Below are positions 50,201 to 62,211 of a stretch of DNA of 64,000 nt, in pieces. The position numbers and the translations under genes were made by a program. Origin of the DNA: Macrostomum lignano (taxonomy: Eukaryota). The notes below the pieces were generated by a model. That model was not told where the DNA came from. It was given only the letters and a program-made list of their open reading frames with translations, and did not search any database. The number at the start of each line of letters is the position of its first letter. The stretch's first letter is position 1. The stretch is taken from NCBI GenBank assembly GCA_002269645.1, contig NIVC01002806.1, positions 1 to 64,000 of the forward strand, written 5' to 3'.

Positions 50201-52017
50201 CGATTCTTGGACGACACTTAGGCGACTCTTACTTATTTCTCTGTGTACTCGTAGCTCTTCTTCGTCGCACTAGACGCGCTTGAGTCGTTAAGAAGTCACA
50301 GAAATCGCCATGTAACAAAACAAAATTTTTGTCTTCTGCAGAGGTCGGCAAACATGCGGCCCCCGAAGCCTCTCTATCCGGCCCTCGGGTTCTTTGAAAC
50401 TTCACAATAGCAATCCCGCCTTCTCACGGTCTGTCTCTTCCGCGGTCTCTTCGTTTTGCGCGGCGCTCTTTATGTGCCAGCGGCCCAGGCTCGATTCCAA
50501 GTGCAGTCAAATTAATTCGTGGCTAAATTGAAATTTCAGCTTGGCTCTGCTCGTGCAGTTGACGCCCCTGAGGGCTAACCCCAAAGGCACAGTGAAGTGT
50601 ACATGCCTAACGATAAAATAAAGTTAGGGCCGCTGTACACTCCAGTGTAAGTGTGTGTGCCTGCTCAGGGGAGTCAGCGGAATGGACAGTAATGCCTCAC
50701 CCGGCTGTGTGACAATGTCGCTTAAAGTGCGCCAGGGTGCAGACCCTTTTTACTACTTTTAGTAGTAGTGCTGCGCAAATTTCGCCCGCTATTCCAACCG
50801 ACCAACCAAACAAACTCACAGACCGCCGGTATTCGCCGGCCGCGTAAAGTGGTGGCCGTGCCGTGGCACCTCAAGCCGTCGCCGCGCGACCTTGCCGTTG
50901 CCGGCTACAGTCTGGTGATGGCGCCGGCCACGCGGCTGTACCTGGACCACCGGCAGGAGCCCGACCCCGAGGAGCGCGGTCTCTACTGGGCCGCCAATTT
51001 CACCGACTTGTACACCGTTTTCTCTTACGACGCCAAAACCGACGCCGCCGCGGCTGGTCCCGACGCTGACATTCTCGGCATCTCCGGCGCGCTCTGGACA
51101 GAGACGGCGCGCCAGCCGGTGCAGGCTTTTAGTCTGCTGGCGCCGCGCGTTCTGGCGCTATCCGAGCGCGCCTGGCACCACGCCGACTGGGAGGGCGCGG
51201 CGTAAGTAGGGAAATAAGACGCTGGCCTCTGGACTCAAATAGAAGTGACTTCAAAACAGCTCCATAAGATTTCCTTCTGCAATAGTATCCCGTGAGGTCC
51301 GTAGGATCAACTTTGGTTAACTTATTACCTCTGGGGGGCAATATTATCAGAGTTTTAATGTGTGTCAGCTGCCCGTGACTTGGGAGAGCTAAAAAATACG
51401 TATTTTATAGCAATGGATAAAATGAATAAAGACAGGTATTTGCCATAGACAGTAGATGTCGATTTTTGTCCCCTACCATATACGAGAGTGGGGACCACTC
51501 TCGACAGTCGATACTACAATCAGCTTACTTGGCTAACGTTTTGGCTGCATAATTCGTACTTTATTATTCATTTTCAGTCCTACAGACGGCGGCCAGGCTG
51601 CCAAGGCGCGGAGCCGCGACTACGCCGAATTCGTCAGCAGCGTCGGCCACCGGGAGCTCGGCCGGCTGGCCAGCTTCGGAATTAAGTTCCGTCTGGCGCC
51701 GCCCGGTGCCCGCCGGCTCGGCGGAGACAGCGGCGGCTTCCTGCTGACGCACGAGCTGCCCGGCGTGCGGCTGTTCTATTCGCTGGAGAGCGGCGCCACG
51801 CGCCGATGGGTCGAATCGGACAGACTGGTCGAGTGGCCGTCCGGTGTCCGACGAGTCCACCTCATGGCGGCGTGAGTTGCTAAGCTGTTTGTTGAATTTT
51901 AATTTTGCATTGCATTTTGATGCCAGCTTGTTGAACCCGGAATATTTCAGCTTCTCTCTGCCCGGCCACAAAGCTGGTTACTATGCTCAAAGTCGAATTG
52001 TTCACATCGATCGCTGA
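44278..52017 (+). CDS. Beta-N-acetylhexosaminidase, GH20, chitobiase-type four-domain architecture, ~902 aa; exons 44278-44374, 45879-46425, 46889-47294, 47613-48131, 48634-48881, 49945-50095, 50822-51201, 51578-51871, 51951-52017
   Basis: N-terminal hydrophobic anchor, CHB_HEX-like domain, DYPRSQYRGLMLDVARNF, LHLHLSDDEG, PELDTPAH, catalytic HFGGDE, YLDH..E, LWTE, LSERAW, C-terminal REL..L...G..FR..PPGA. All phases are consistent (2709 nt). Exon 5 acceptor could alternatively be 48640. Confidence 0.9.
44715..45710. repeat. 11-bp intronic minisatellite (CTGACACTCAT)
   Basis: Directly visible in intron 1 of the GH20 gene. Confidence 0.96.
46505..46620 (+). mobile_element. tRNA-derived SINE head (intronic remnant)
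   Basis: A box TAGCCTAGTGG, B box GGTTCGATTC, Lys(CTT)-like loop GACTCTTGA. No acceptor-stem closure. Followed by GTGTCGAGCAAGATACTCAAC, which resembles SINE central domains. Confidence 0.65.
46660..46830. repeat. 26-bp tandem repeat (GTAGTGTAGAGTTGGCAGTGCAGCTG)
   Basis: Directly visible. Confidence 0.9.
47317..47577. repeat. 33-bp intronic minisatellite (CCTCACAAACAGGCCTCATTAAGTCCCAACAAA)
   Basis: Directly visible, ~8 copies. Confidence 0.94.
48950..49862. repeat. ~23-bp intronic minisatellite (GAATCGCCCTATAGACACACTCA)
   Basis: Directly visible. Confidence 0.95.
50665..50745. repeat. Short dispersed repeat; second copy inverted at ~58900-58987
   Basis: GCCTGCTCAGGGGAGTC.GCGGAATGG.CAGTAATGCCTC...ATGTCGCTTAAAGTGCGCCAGGGTGCA matches the reverse complement of 58900-58987. 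Confidence 0.8.
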
Positions 52018-52441
52018 GAGCTCCCGAGTGCATCTCGCAATTGCAAGACTTTTTGTCTGGAACTTTTCTATTCTAAATACTCGTAGGCTGCTGCGGTTTT
52101 TTGCATTGCGTGATTTGGTGTTCTACGAGCGTATTGTGGATTTTCCGACTGTAAAAATCGAATTAGTAGTCAATGAAGCTTTTTATTGTCTGGTGTATCT
52201 TAGGTATTTTGTCCGCAATGCTGCTTCCAATGGGTGATTGGTGCAATAACTTGCATATAACTATCTTTTATTAAGCGATTGCATGTTTATATGCATGTAC
52301 AGTATTATTTTGAACTTAATGTTTTATATATTCTTGATTAATAAAACCTGATTCATATTGCTTTACAACAGAGCTGTCTTTTGCGCTGACTTGGCGTGTT
52401 ATTTATTTTGCTCTCTATTATTCTCAACTGTTTGCTGTGTT

Positions 52442-54168
52442 TCATTCCATCAGCTCGTCTTCGTCATGCACTGATGAATAAGATCCTTCCAGGCACTGGC
52501 TCCGAAATCGAGTCACCACAACAGCGCCGATGAGGCCCATTGTTAGCGCAGTTATCAGGGCGTACGCGCAGAAGAACAGCTTGTCAGCTGATGCCGCGAC
52601 GGTGGCCCATTCGCTGCTAACAGGATTTTCTCCATTATTGTCTAAATCATTCTGCTGCTGATCTGCTGGATTAAGCTTTGTGGCCGTTTGCGATCCTTTT
52701 CTACTAATGAGCCGGTTGAGGAAGAGCGCGCGGATCAGCCGGCTGCTGACGCGAGCGCTGCTATGCTGCTTGGAGTGGCAGTCGAGCACGAACGCGTTGC
52801 AGAGCACGTTCAGCATTGACATTATCACTGCGATGCCGAAGTACCAGGCTGCAGCGGAGAGTAGGTCATGTGTTGAGGTATCTTATAGTATACTGTGCTA
52901 ACTTAATCACGTGACTCACTGATGAGCGGCACGGACTCGCTCTGCGTAGGCGTGTAGTTGCCAGCCAGCTGCAGGAACACGCACATGGACAGCACGATGG
53001 TGATGCTGAAGGAGACTCGCTCGCCGCACTCGGCCGGCAGGCGGAAGGCGACGGCTGAGATAGCAAAGAGGAGGACGCTAGGAAAGAGCAAGTTTGTCAC
53101 GTAAAACGCCGGCCGTCTCTGTAACGAAGTACTTTGCGCCTTGAAGTTCATAGAAATATGTTAAAGAAATGGATGTTTCTTACTTGAAACTTGATGAGGA
53201 ACCGAATCTGATCTTGTCCAGCAATCACTTTTTGCTTTAGTTGAAGTTTTTGAACGCAGAATTCGTTGTTGGTCATCAGATAAGCCTCAATTGGAACTAC
53301 GCCGGAAATTGGTTTAACATTTAGCATTATGGTGGTCCTAGACTGCATTTGGGAATTCAACCACAGGCTGCATGTCTGACTGTCAAACGGAAACCAGAAC
53401 ATCTTCATACGGCATTTTAGGGTAACGACCAGCACAATTCCTTGATGAACTTCTCCGGTGCTTGTAATCAATACAGGCGACTTGTCCAAGTTGACATCTA
53501 TGATTTCAAGCCTGTGTTTAAATAGCACAATATTTACTGTCGCACGAGATTCGATTGCAAAATAGTGAAAATCCTTACACATTATTTGCTGTCGTGTCGG
53601 GCCGCCAAACCTGACTGGGAGTCAGAAAGATTCCGGCAATGTGGTCAAGTGAAGAGTTGAATCTTCCACGCCAGGAGAGCCTCGAGTCGAACCATTGCTG
53701 CAATTTTTATGTACCATACCTTGTACCAGCTATTTTTCAAACTGAACTTAATGTAAAAAATATATAAAATATATAGCCTGGCGTGTAACGATCTATTTGT
53801 CCCGAGACAAAGAAGAATACCTTTGCAAGCCAGATCTGCAACGTTACTTCCTGCGACGCCGAGTTCTAAAAAAATATTTTTCAGTCATTGCTGAAGTCAC
53901 TGCTTTGATCAGTGCGCTACAATTTCGAAATCCATCCAAATACTCGTAGTTACTGTATATAAGGCTTTACCACGTTGGCTAGGCTGAATAAGTAGATGTA
54001 CAAGTTGAGAGTGTTGGCAGATCCATTGTCAGGCGGTGGCCGAACCGCGCTGTTATACTCTACATCGAGGTTCAGTGCCGCAACAACAGCAGCGTCAGGT
54101 GAACCGATGTCACTGGTTCTTGCGGCTGGAGCAGCGAACAGCAGAGCGCAAGCGATGATGAAGCACAT
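52442..54168 (-). CDS. Cys-loop ligand-gated ion channel subunit, nAChR-like, paralog 1 (apparently intact; 6 exons)
   Basis: Signal peptide; YNSAVRPP; mini-exon 53865-53821 (NSASQEVTLQIWLAK); WFDSRLSW...VWRPD; Cys loop CRMKMFWFPFDSQTC; M1-M2 FRLPAECGERVSFSITIVLSMCVF; M3; short M3-M4 loop; M4. No loop C vicinal cysteines. Confidence 0.88.
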
Positions 54169-54658
54169 GTGTATACGATAGTCTGTTTCGCTTGAAAACC
54201 GTAAAATATCTAAAACAGGATCAGCCAGTGTGTTGTGGCTGAAGTATGCTACTGGTGCAGGGACGGTGCATGTGCCCAGATTAGCCGGCAGATTCTATTT
54301 ATTCTCTGCTTACTTCCCACATTGTTTGCCAACCCAAACTTCATTGACGCTTATTGTTTGCCCGATCCCTAGACTCTTCCGCAGTCACATGCAGCCATGA
54401 TCCTCAAACAAAGCTTGTTAAGTCAATCAATCCAGTCTACCACGGAAAATGAATATGATAGATTTGGTCGCTCATTCAGTCAATACGCTTGCAAAGGCAA
54501 TAATTATCGTCATTCGTCCCTACGGATCAGGATACGGTTTTTTGTTATTCGGAGGTAACTATATTTTTTCCGTCTTTTAGAAGCCTGATTGGTGGTAAGC
54601 CCTGCTTGCCATGCCTCAACCTCAATTTCTGCCGGCTTAAGTCACTACCCTATCTCTA

Positions 54659-54830
54659 GCAACTACGCCAGCTACCGAATTTTTAATATTGACTGTGCCA
54701 CATATACAGCTTAAAATTTCTGTAAAGCGACCTTAGTTAAGCGTGTGCCATTGCTTTTCGGTGACCTTGTCGTGACCTTGTAGACGTGGCATAGTCAATA
54801 TAGTAGAAATTCGGTAGCTGGCGCGGTTGC
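54659..54830. repeat. Imperfect inverted repeat (~24-bp arms, MITE-like/hairpin)
   Basis: GCAACTACGCCAGCTACCGAATTT / AAATTCGGTAGCTGGCGCGGTTGC (22/24), plus an inner ATATTGACT / AGTCAATAT pair; no TSD seen. Confidence 0.6.
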
Positions 54831-56381
54831 CAGGGCCCTGTCGGCTTGTCGATGTTCAAATCTACGGCCACATCTATGCTTTACCCGAAAGAGACTGGGT
54901 GACCGCACAGATCCAAACACTAGATGTGTCAAATCAATATAAAAATGGTAACTTTTTTCGCTCAATTTCACACATAGAATGTCAGTTTTGCCTTACACTA
55001 TTCAAGACTAAAAATATAAATGAACGCAATATGCGTAAAAAAACAGGTTCCAGTGTTCCAAAAAGACAATTGGTATGAACAAAAACATGTTGAACACCGG
55101 AGCAGGATAACACCTCGTACTGTTACAGAATTACAAATATTGGAAAAACTAATTAGGGAGAAGTTATTGAAACCACTTCAAAGAAGTATCGAGGAATCAG
55201 CCAGGAGATCTGGTTTCAGTGTGCGCTTAGTGAAACTCTTTCTAGCTTTTTTTCGATCCACTGCGATTGCAGGGCTGTGCATGCTCCGCGTCTTAAGTCT
55301 GCACCGTACCAGTGTCGAGTCATGAATTCCAAGATGTGCTTGCATATTCAGCAAAGGGATTCAAGCTCGCAACAAACTGCATGGCAGCATAGTCTGGGGC
55401 TGGGGGTGAAACAGTTCCCTGAAATAGACGTGCCGGCGTGGATGTTGGATTTCTGGGGCTGCAGATGAAGGCGAGTCGGCTGTTGTGACGGAAATGACCC
55501 GGCCGGCTCGTAAATGCACCTCATACATGTATCTGAAATATTTATGGCTGCTGCAGTTTTCCAGTAATTTCTGTTATCGACCCATATTCTGCGTTGATCA
55601 GTGACAGACAAAATTTTATTAGCCTAGCGGACACAGTCTTGAGGCGAAACCGACATTCTGAGTGGAATCGAGCGAAAAAAGTGACCAACTTTTTATACTG
55701 AGATGACATCTGGTAGTACTTTTTGGATAGGCAGCGAGTGATACGCTCTGCTAAAATAAACGAGTTATCTATACGTCTGGAACGGACAAACCAGCAAGAG
55801 GTAGGAAGTGAGCCAGGCCAACGATTTCCTATTTAGTAGTTTCAGCTACTAAAATTTATTAAACTCTGCTTGTGAGTTTAGAGCTCAATGATTGAGTTTA
55901 GAGCTCAATGATAAAGATAGATTGAAATCATAATTTTATTACTTCAAAATTAAAGCTCATAAAGATAAAGCAGAAAAGCAAAAGGAACGAACTCTCGTTT
56001 AAAGACTTCGACAAGACAAGACGATCTCTTTTTCGGGCAGCGGTTGCGCCGCTATCGAGTTTTCGGATCACAGCAGTAATGCACAATGCACGCATCCACC
56101 TATTCGTTGGCTTGACAATTACGTCTTGCTCAAGTAAAACAAATGTTATGGATTGCTGTGCTAAATATAGTGGTGTTAATATTAAAAAAAATGATAAGAA
56201 ATGGATTCAGACTTGATGAAATAAGTATCTGCAGTAGCACATACCATGCCAGTACATGTCCCACCGTTACAACCAACAGCCTTAGTCAGACAAAAAATAT
56301 ATTGCTCTTTAAGTGTAAGTGAAAATGATGAATATCACGGCGATCCAGTCTCACAGATCCATACACTCGTCGCTCGTGGGC

Positions 56382-58237
56382 TTAGGGCTTTGTCTTATTG
56401 CCTGGTCGGTCCAGAGTCTTCGCTGAAAAATCGCCTTCCAAGCATTCTGCACCAGATAAAGTGGCTACGGCGAAGAAGCAGATTAGAAAAATGGTTAAAA
56501 TTGTAACCACAATGTATGTGGCGAAGAACATTTTATCGGCCGATGACACAACAGTGGCCCATTCGTTGCCATGGGGACTAGCCGGGTTTTCCGGCTCGTG
56601 GACATTGGACTGCTGATCTGTTTCATTTGTTGGTGCCACCTTCATTGGTCTCCTAGCGACAAGCCGGTTGAGGAAAAGAACGCGGATTAGCCGGCTGCTG
56701 ACGCGAGCGCTGCTGTGCTGCTTGGAGTGGCAGTCGAGCACGAATGCGTTGCAGAGAACGTTCAGCATGGTCGTCATCACTGCGATGCTAAAGTACCAGG
56801 CTGCAACGAAGTTATTACATTTGTATAGGCCATTTTTTGTTGAATTGATATAACTTATTTATCCAAAGAGACTCACAGATGAGCGGCATGGACTCGCTCT
56901 GCGTAGGCGTGTATACGTGTAGTTTCCAGCCAGCTGCAGGAACACGCACATGGACAGCACGATGGTGATGCTGAAGGAGACTCGCTCGCCGCACTCGGGT
57001 GGCAGGCGGAAGGCGAACACAGAGATGGAGAGGAGGAGGATGCTGGGGAAGAACAGGTTCGTCACGTAGAACGCGGGCTTTCTCTGAAAAGATTTATAGA
57101 AGTTATGCTTTTCCGTGGAAAGTACGGGTTTATGCAAGTCGTGCGTACTTGACCGAGATTCTTCAGTGGGATTGACCAAGTCGTATGGCACGACATTGAC
57201 TTTGTTACCGGATGAGTGTTATAAATTTGCCATTTTAAAGTGCTTTTTAATTACCGAAATTTACTTACTTGAAACTTTACAACAAACCGAGCCACGTCCT
57301 GCGTAAGCACCTCTTCTTTCTCCATAAGCAATTCCTGAATGCAGAACTCATTATTCTGCATCAAATAGTCTTTCCTTGAGATGTCTTTGAAAATCGGAGT
57401 TACGTTAAGCATCAGCGTTCGCCTTTCTTGAATTTGTGATTTGAACTGCACTTCGCAACTCTGGCTGTCGAATGGGAACAGGAACATCTCCATCTGGCAC
57501 TTGAAGGTGACGAGCTGCGCAATTCCTTGAGTAACGTCTCCTCTTTCCATAATCATGACAGGTGACTTTTCCAAATTGGCATCCTTGATATCAACTCTGT
57601 TGCGAAATGGTCAGATTTTACTATTTACTGTCCATCTGGATTTTGCGAAATTCCATTGAAACTTACGCGTTACTGACTGAAACGTCCGGCTTCCGACTTT
57701 GGTCCGCTAAGATTGTCGGAATGTCGCGAAATGTCGAGTTAAACTTTCCTTTCCATAAGAGCCGTGAGTCTAACCATCTCTGAGATTTGGAATGCAAGTC
57801 AGCATTGAATTTTATATCAAAGCGAAAGGTACTTTAATACGAAAAGAACACGCGAGCCCGGCTTTGAACCAACCTTTGCTAGGTAGAAATGCAGAGTCAC
57901 CTCCTGAGAAGCCGAGTTCTGAAATCGATTGAATTAAGCAATTTTTCCTTTGCATACACATGTAATTGAAAACAGAAATATAAGAATACCTATTCGGCAA
58001 GCACAATCAGCTTACAACTTTCACAAGGTTGTACAAATAGACATATATGCTGACTGTGTTGGCAATATCATTGTCCGGCGGCGGTCGGACCCGGCTGTTG
58101 TACTCGGTGTCGATCTTCAACGCTGACTGCACCAGGGCGTCCGGTGAGGGAGCAGCATCTTTTCTGGCTTCAATGAAGGATGCAGTTGCGATGAGGAGAG
58201 CGCAGACAATAAAGCCGCGGATTCCGGGAGAGTCCAT
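56382..58237 (-). pseudogene. Cys-loop channel paralog 2, probably frameshifted in the M2-M3 loop
   Basis: Same exon structure; Cys loop CQMEMFLFPFDSQSC. 8-nt insertion (TACACG-TA-TACACG, 56908-56921) relative to paralog 1. Loop A W replaced by R. Confidence 0.75.
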
Positions 58238-59294
58238 CTCAGTAGTTAGCTTCTGAGAGTGAGTGACGAGTCTTCCTTTCCATCATCAAATGCATTTTTA
58301 TCGTTTAATCGGTTGACTAATAGCTTCATGGGAAATGGACCCATTTGTTTGCACTGTCATTGCCATATTTACTAATTTACCTAAGCTTTTTGATGGGTTT
58401 CAGGCTCCTGTTAGCCCCACTGCAGAAGCTACTGGTTATCTGAGGCAAACTTTTATTGTTTGAATGCCAGTGAATATCGTTTTTGGCGAATCGGTTACTC
58501 AAATAAATGCATCGCTGAATTTCAGTAATTCAGCCACATGGTGTTGAAGAAGTTTCTACAAGCCGGTATAGAATACTCATTTAATTTGCTCGTGAGCTGT
58601 CCAAACACTTGTCGTTCGTGAAATGTAGTTATAGCCAAAACATAAATTCGTAGAATCGATCCATCAATCGTTTGACGGAGCCGCTTAGTAAATAAAGTCT
58701 ATAAGTCTACGAGAAGCAAACATTTACTTGCAAAGTCGCAAATTGCTATGGCGCCTAAGGGTCTATGAGTCTGGACTCTGGTGAGTCTGCCTAACTAGTT
58801 AACCACTACTTCGCTCGTATTTACCTAGACTGTAGCAGACTTCCTTAAATTTTGGCTTATTTGATTCAATTTTTTTTATTAGAGGCAGGGGGGTTGTGTG
58901 CACCCTGGCGCACTTTAAGCGACATAGGCACACAACCGGCGAGAGGCATTACTGCCCATTCCGCCGACTCCCCTGAGCAGGCATACAAGCGCGCGGATGC
59001 GTTGATTGTAAAAATGGGATTTTAACCCCAATTTAGGGCTCTAGAAAAAACTTCAGATTTTCTTCTTTCTTAACTCTTCTCTCATCTCTTTCCTTTTCGG
59101 TCTCTTCTCTCGCCTATCTTTTCTCTCTCATATCTTCATTCTTCTCTCTACCCCATTCCCTCTTACATTTGTATTTTCTAAAATGGGAGTATCTCGGCGT
59201 TGCTTGTTTGGCAAGCTTTCGAATATTAGATTCAAATGTTTGCTTTCGGCTCAAAACCCGTGATTTGTAGAATTGCTATTGTACAATAGGATTC

Positions 59295-60199
59295 TCGGGT
59301 GTCAGTTTGGCAGAATCATTTTGCCATTCTTACATTTACGAGTGAACCAAGACATTTATTGACGGTGAGCATGCGCCGTAACTATCTGTCCAATAAAATC
59401 TAATAAATAAACATTCGAAATGTTGCTCTTAAATATCAATTTTATCCAAAAGAACAGTTTAACGCTGCGGTCAATCAAAGCAAACCCTCCTCAGTTCCCT
59501 CTTTGTAACTGTCCTGCACAGCATGTCAGTTAAAGCTCAGTTCCTTCCAGGCATTTAACGTTGGACACGCTGATCGCCAAGACGCAAATGCCAACAGTTG
59601 CAAGCACCGGCACCAGTGAGAATGCGATGAAGAACACTTTGTCGGCCGATGTCACGACAGTGATCCACTCGTTTCCATGGCGACTAGCTGTGCCGTCTGT
59701 TTGACAGGCATCCGATTTTTGATCAGCCGCATCGGTTTCCGTAGCATCGTTTGGCCTGCTCTTCCCAGCGACAAGCCGGTTGAGGAAGAGAGCGCGGATC
59801 AGCCGGTTGCTGACACGAGCGCTGCATTGCTGCTTGGAGTGGCAGTCGAGCACGAACGCATTGCAGAGCACGTTCAGCATGGTCGTCATCACTGCGATGC
59901 TGAAGTACCAGGCTGCAAGGCAAACTGGTGCATATTAGTAAGCAAGCAAATGAGTTGAAGTTGACACAGCGTCGCGTCCATCTCGTGACTCACTGATCAG
60001 TGGCACGGACTCGCTCTGTGCGGGGGTGTGGCTTCCGGCCAGCTGCAGGAACACGCACATGGACAGCACGATGGTGATGCTGAAGGAGACTCGCTCGCCG
60101 CACTCGGGCGGCAGGCGGAAGGCGAACACAGAGATGGAGAGAAGGAGGATGCTGGGGAAGAACAGGTTCGTCACGTAGAAGCTATACTTTCTCTGAAAT
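59295..60199. repeat. Recent segmental duplication; second copy at 62841-63742
   Basis: Near-identical ~900 bp covering the TM exons and 3' flank; offset 3546, then 3543 after a 3-bp deletion. Confidence 0.93.
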
Positions 60200-61256
60200 C
60201 AGCGTTTTTTTCTTCTGCGTTAATGGATTAATGCCTTTGCACCCAATGAAAATAAAACTTCATCCTACCTGAAACTTTATTTGATAGCGCAGTGCATGCT
60301 GCAATTTTACAATGACCTCCCGTTTGATTTTTAACTCCTGAACGCAGAACTCGCTGTTTTTGGTTAAGAAATCTTCAGCCGATGCGTTTTCAAGTTCTGT
60401 TTTTATATCCAGTGTCATGGATGCCATAGTCTGCATTCGAGGATTGATTGAAAAACTGCAGCTCTGACTGTCGAATGGAAAAGATAGCATCTCCATTCGG
60501 CACTTGAAAGTGATGACCAGCTCCTTTCCGTGATACACTAAGCCGGTGTTTATGATCGATGCGGGTGAGTCGTCAGAGATTTCTTTTGATTCCAACCTGT
60601 TTTTATCATGGAAAACCGATTCAAAGCTTTTACTAAGCAAGTAGGTGAAGAATTCCACCCTAGCATATAAATTCGAAAGTCACTCACACTTTGGTCACTG
60701 TTATAGCCGGTTTCCAAATCAGATTGGAATCAATTAAAATGCTATGAATTTGGTCGAACGTTGAATTGAATTTTCCAAGCCAAGACAGACGCGTATCAGT
60801 CCAAACCTGGAATATAGAACCGGAGGTAAACTATGATTTTTGACCTCGTAAGCAACCTTATTGTGATCGAGTTTAATGAAAAACTGTCTTTGGTACTCTT
60901 TCCAGCCAGAACTGAAGCGTCACTTCCTGAGACGCCGAATTCTGAAACAATAAATATTATTAAGATTGATATGGACTGCAAGTCGAATATTGAAGAACTG
61001 CACGAGGTGCTTGTAGCTCAGAGAGTTTACAATTTGGAAGTGGGGCACTCACCACGCTGGCGAGGCTGAACAAGTGGACATACAAGTTGATGAGGTTGGC
61101 GGTTCCGTTGTCGGGCGGCGGGCGGACGGCTCTGTTGTACTCGGTGTCGAGTTTCAGCGCTGCCACCACGGCAGCGTCGGGGGAGGCAACGTCCACGGCT
61201 TCTACAACAGCGAGTAGGACCGCTCCGGTTGTGATGAGGCACCAGAGAGAGGGCAT
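59530..61256 (-). CDS. Cys-loop channel paralog 3 (apparently intact; 6 exons)
   Basis: MPSLWCLI signal, YNRAVRPP, NSASQEVTLQFWLER mini-exon, WTDTRLSW...IWKP, CRMEMLSFPFDSQSC, same M2, M4, CLEG tail. Confidence 0.87.
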
Positions 61257-61798
61257 GATGGAGACTGGCCTCTGTGACATCTTCACATTGTACGTGGCAA
61301 CTATTCCACTTTTTTGCTATTTTCTCCCCTACTGCGCTTGCAAAAATAGTCTCGCTCGACTCTATCGCATGTTGTTTGCCAAGGCAAACTGGCGAATGAT
61401 AAGAGAGTCTTGCCTTTCTGCCTGCCTCAAAAATCAGACACGAGCTAATATTACATGTATTGGGCTTTCTGGCAGTCAACCGGGAAGCCGTGTTGGTCAA
61501 CAGAATTCACCCTGTTCGCCACTAATTAATGTTTAAACTGCAAATCATCTGACCCAGGATATACCAGACTGATGGATTGGCTGTTTGCTGATCATTTTTG
61601 CTATCTGCTGGACAGTCAACACTTTTTATTTGGTGAAGCAAGTCAAATTTTTGGGGCAATTGCAACTGCAGCGAAAAACTAGCTTATGTCGACTGAGAGC
61701 AGGAAATGAAAAATATAATATCCCGAAGCAGACTGTTGTCTAGCTGGGAGTCTCTCGCAGGCTTGGGGTTGTCTACAGATGGGTCAGTCAGACCAATA

Positions 61799-62211
61799 TC
61801 AATGAGTTAAACGTACGCAGACACAAAGCACTTAGAGAACACTGCAATCAAAAATTAGAAGCCTCGGAAACCTAGGACTCCTCCTTGACGGAAATAAGGG
61901 TGAGAGGTTCCATATTTATAGCGCGGGATTCACCACTGCTCCATGCGCACAAAACCTCGTGACTTTGTTCTATTTTTAGAACTGACGTCACTTGGGGTCT
62001 CCGGGCAGAGTGCACTAGGCTGTGACTCAGTGTCTATTTTTAGAAACATGAACACTGCATGTGTTTAGAGAAGGGAAGGACCTTAGGCACGTGATTCTCC
62101 CGTAAACACAGACCAGCGAGTGCAGTAAACATTTTTACTGCACTTTAGGAAACAAGTGCTGATTGCAGTGTTCTCTAAGTGCTTTGTGTCTGCGTACGTT
62201 TAACTCATTGA
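61799..62211. repeat. 52-bp perfect inverted repeat enclosing 309 bp
   Basis: 61799-61850 is the exact reverse complement of 62160-62211; no TSD found. Confidence 0.9.
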
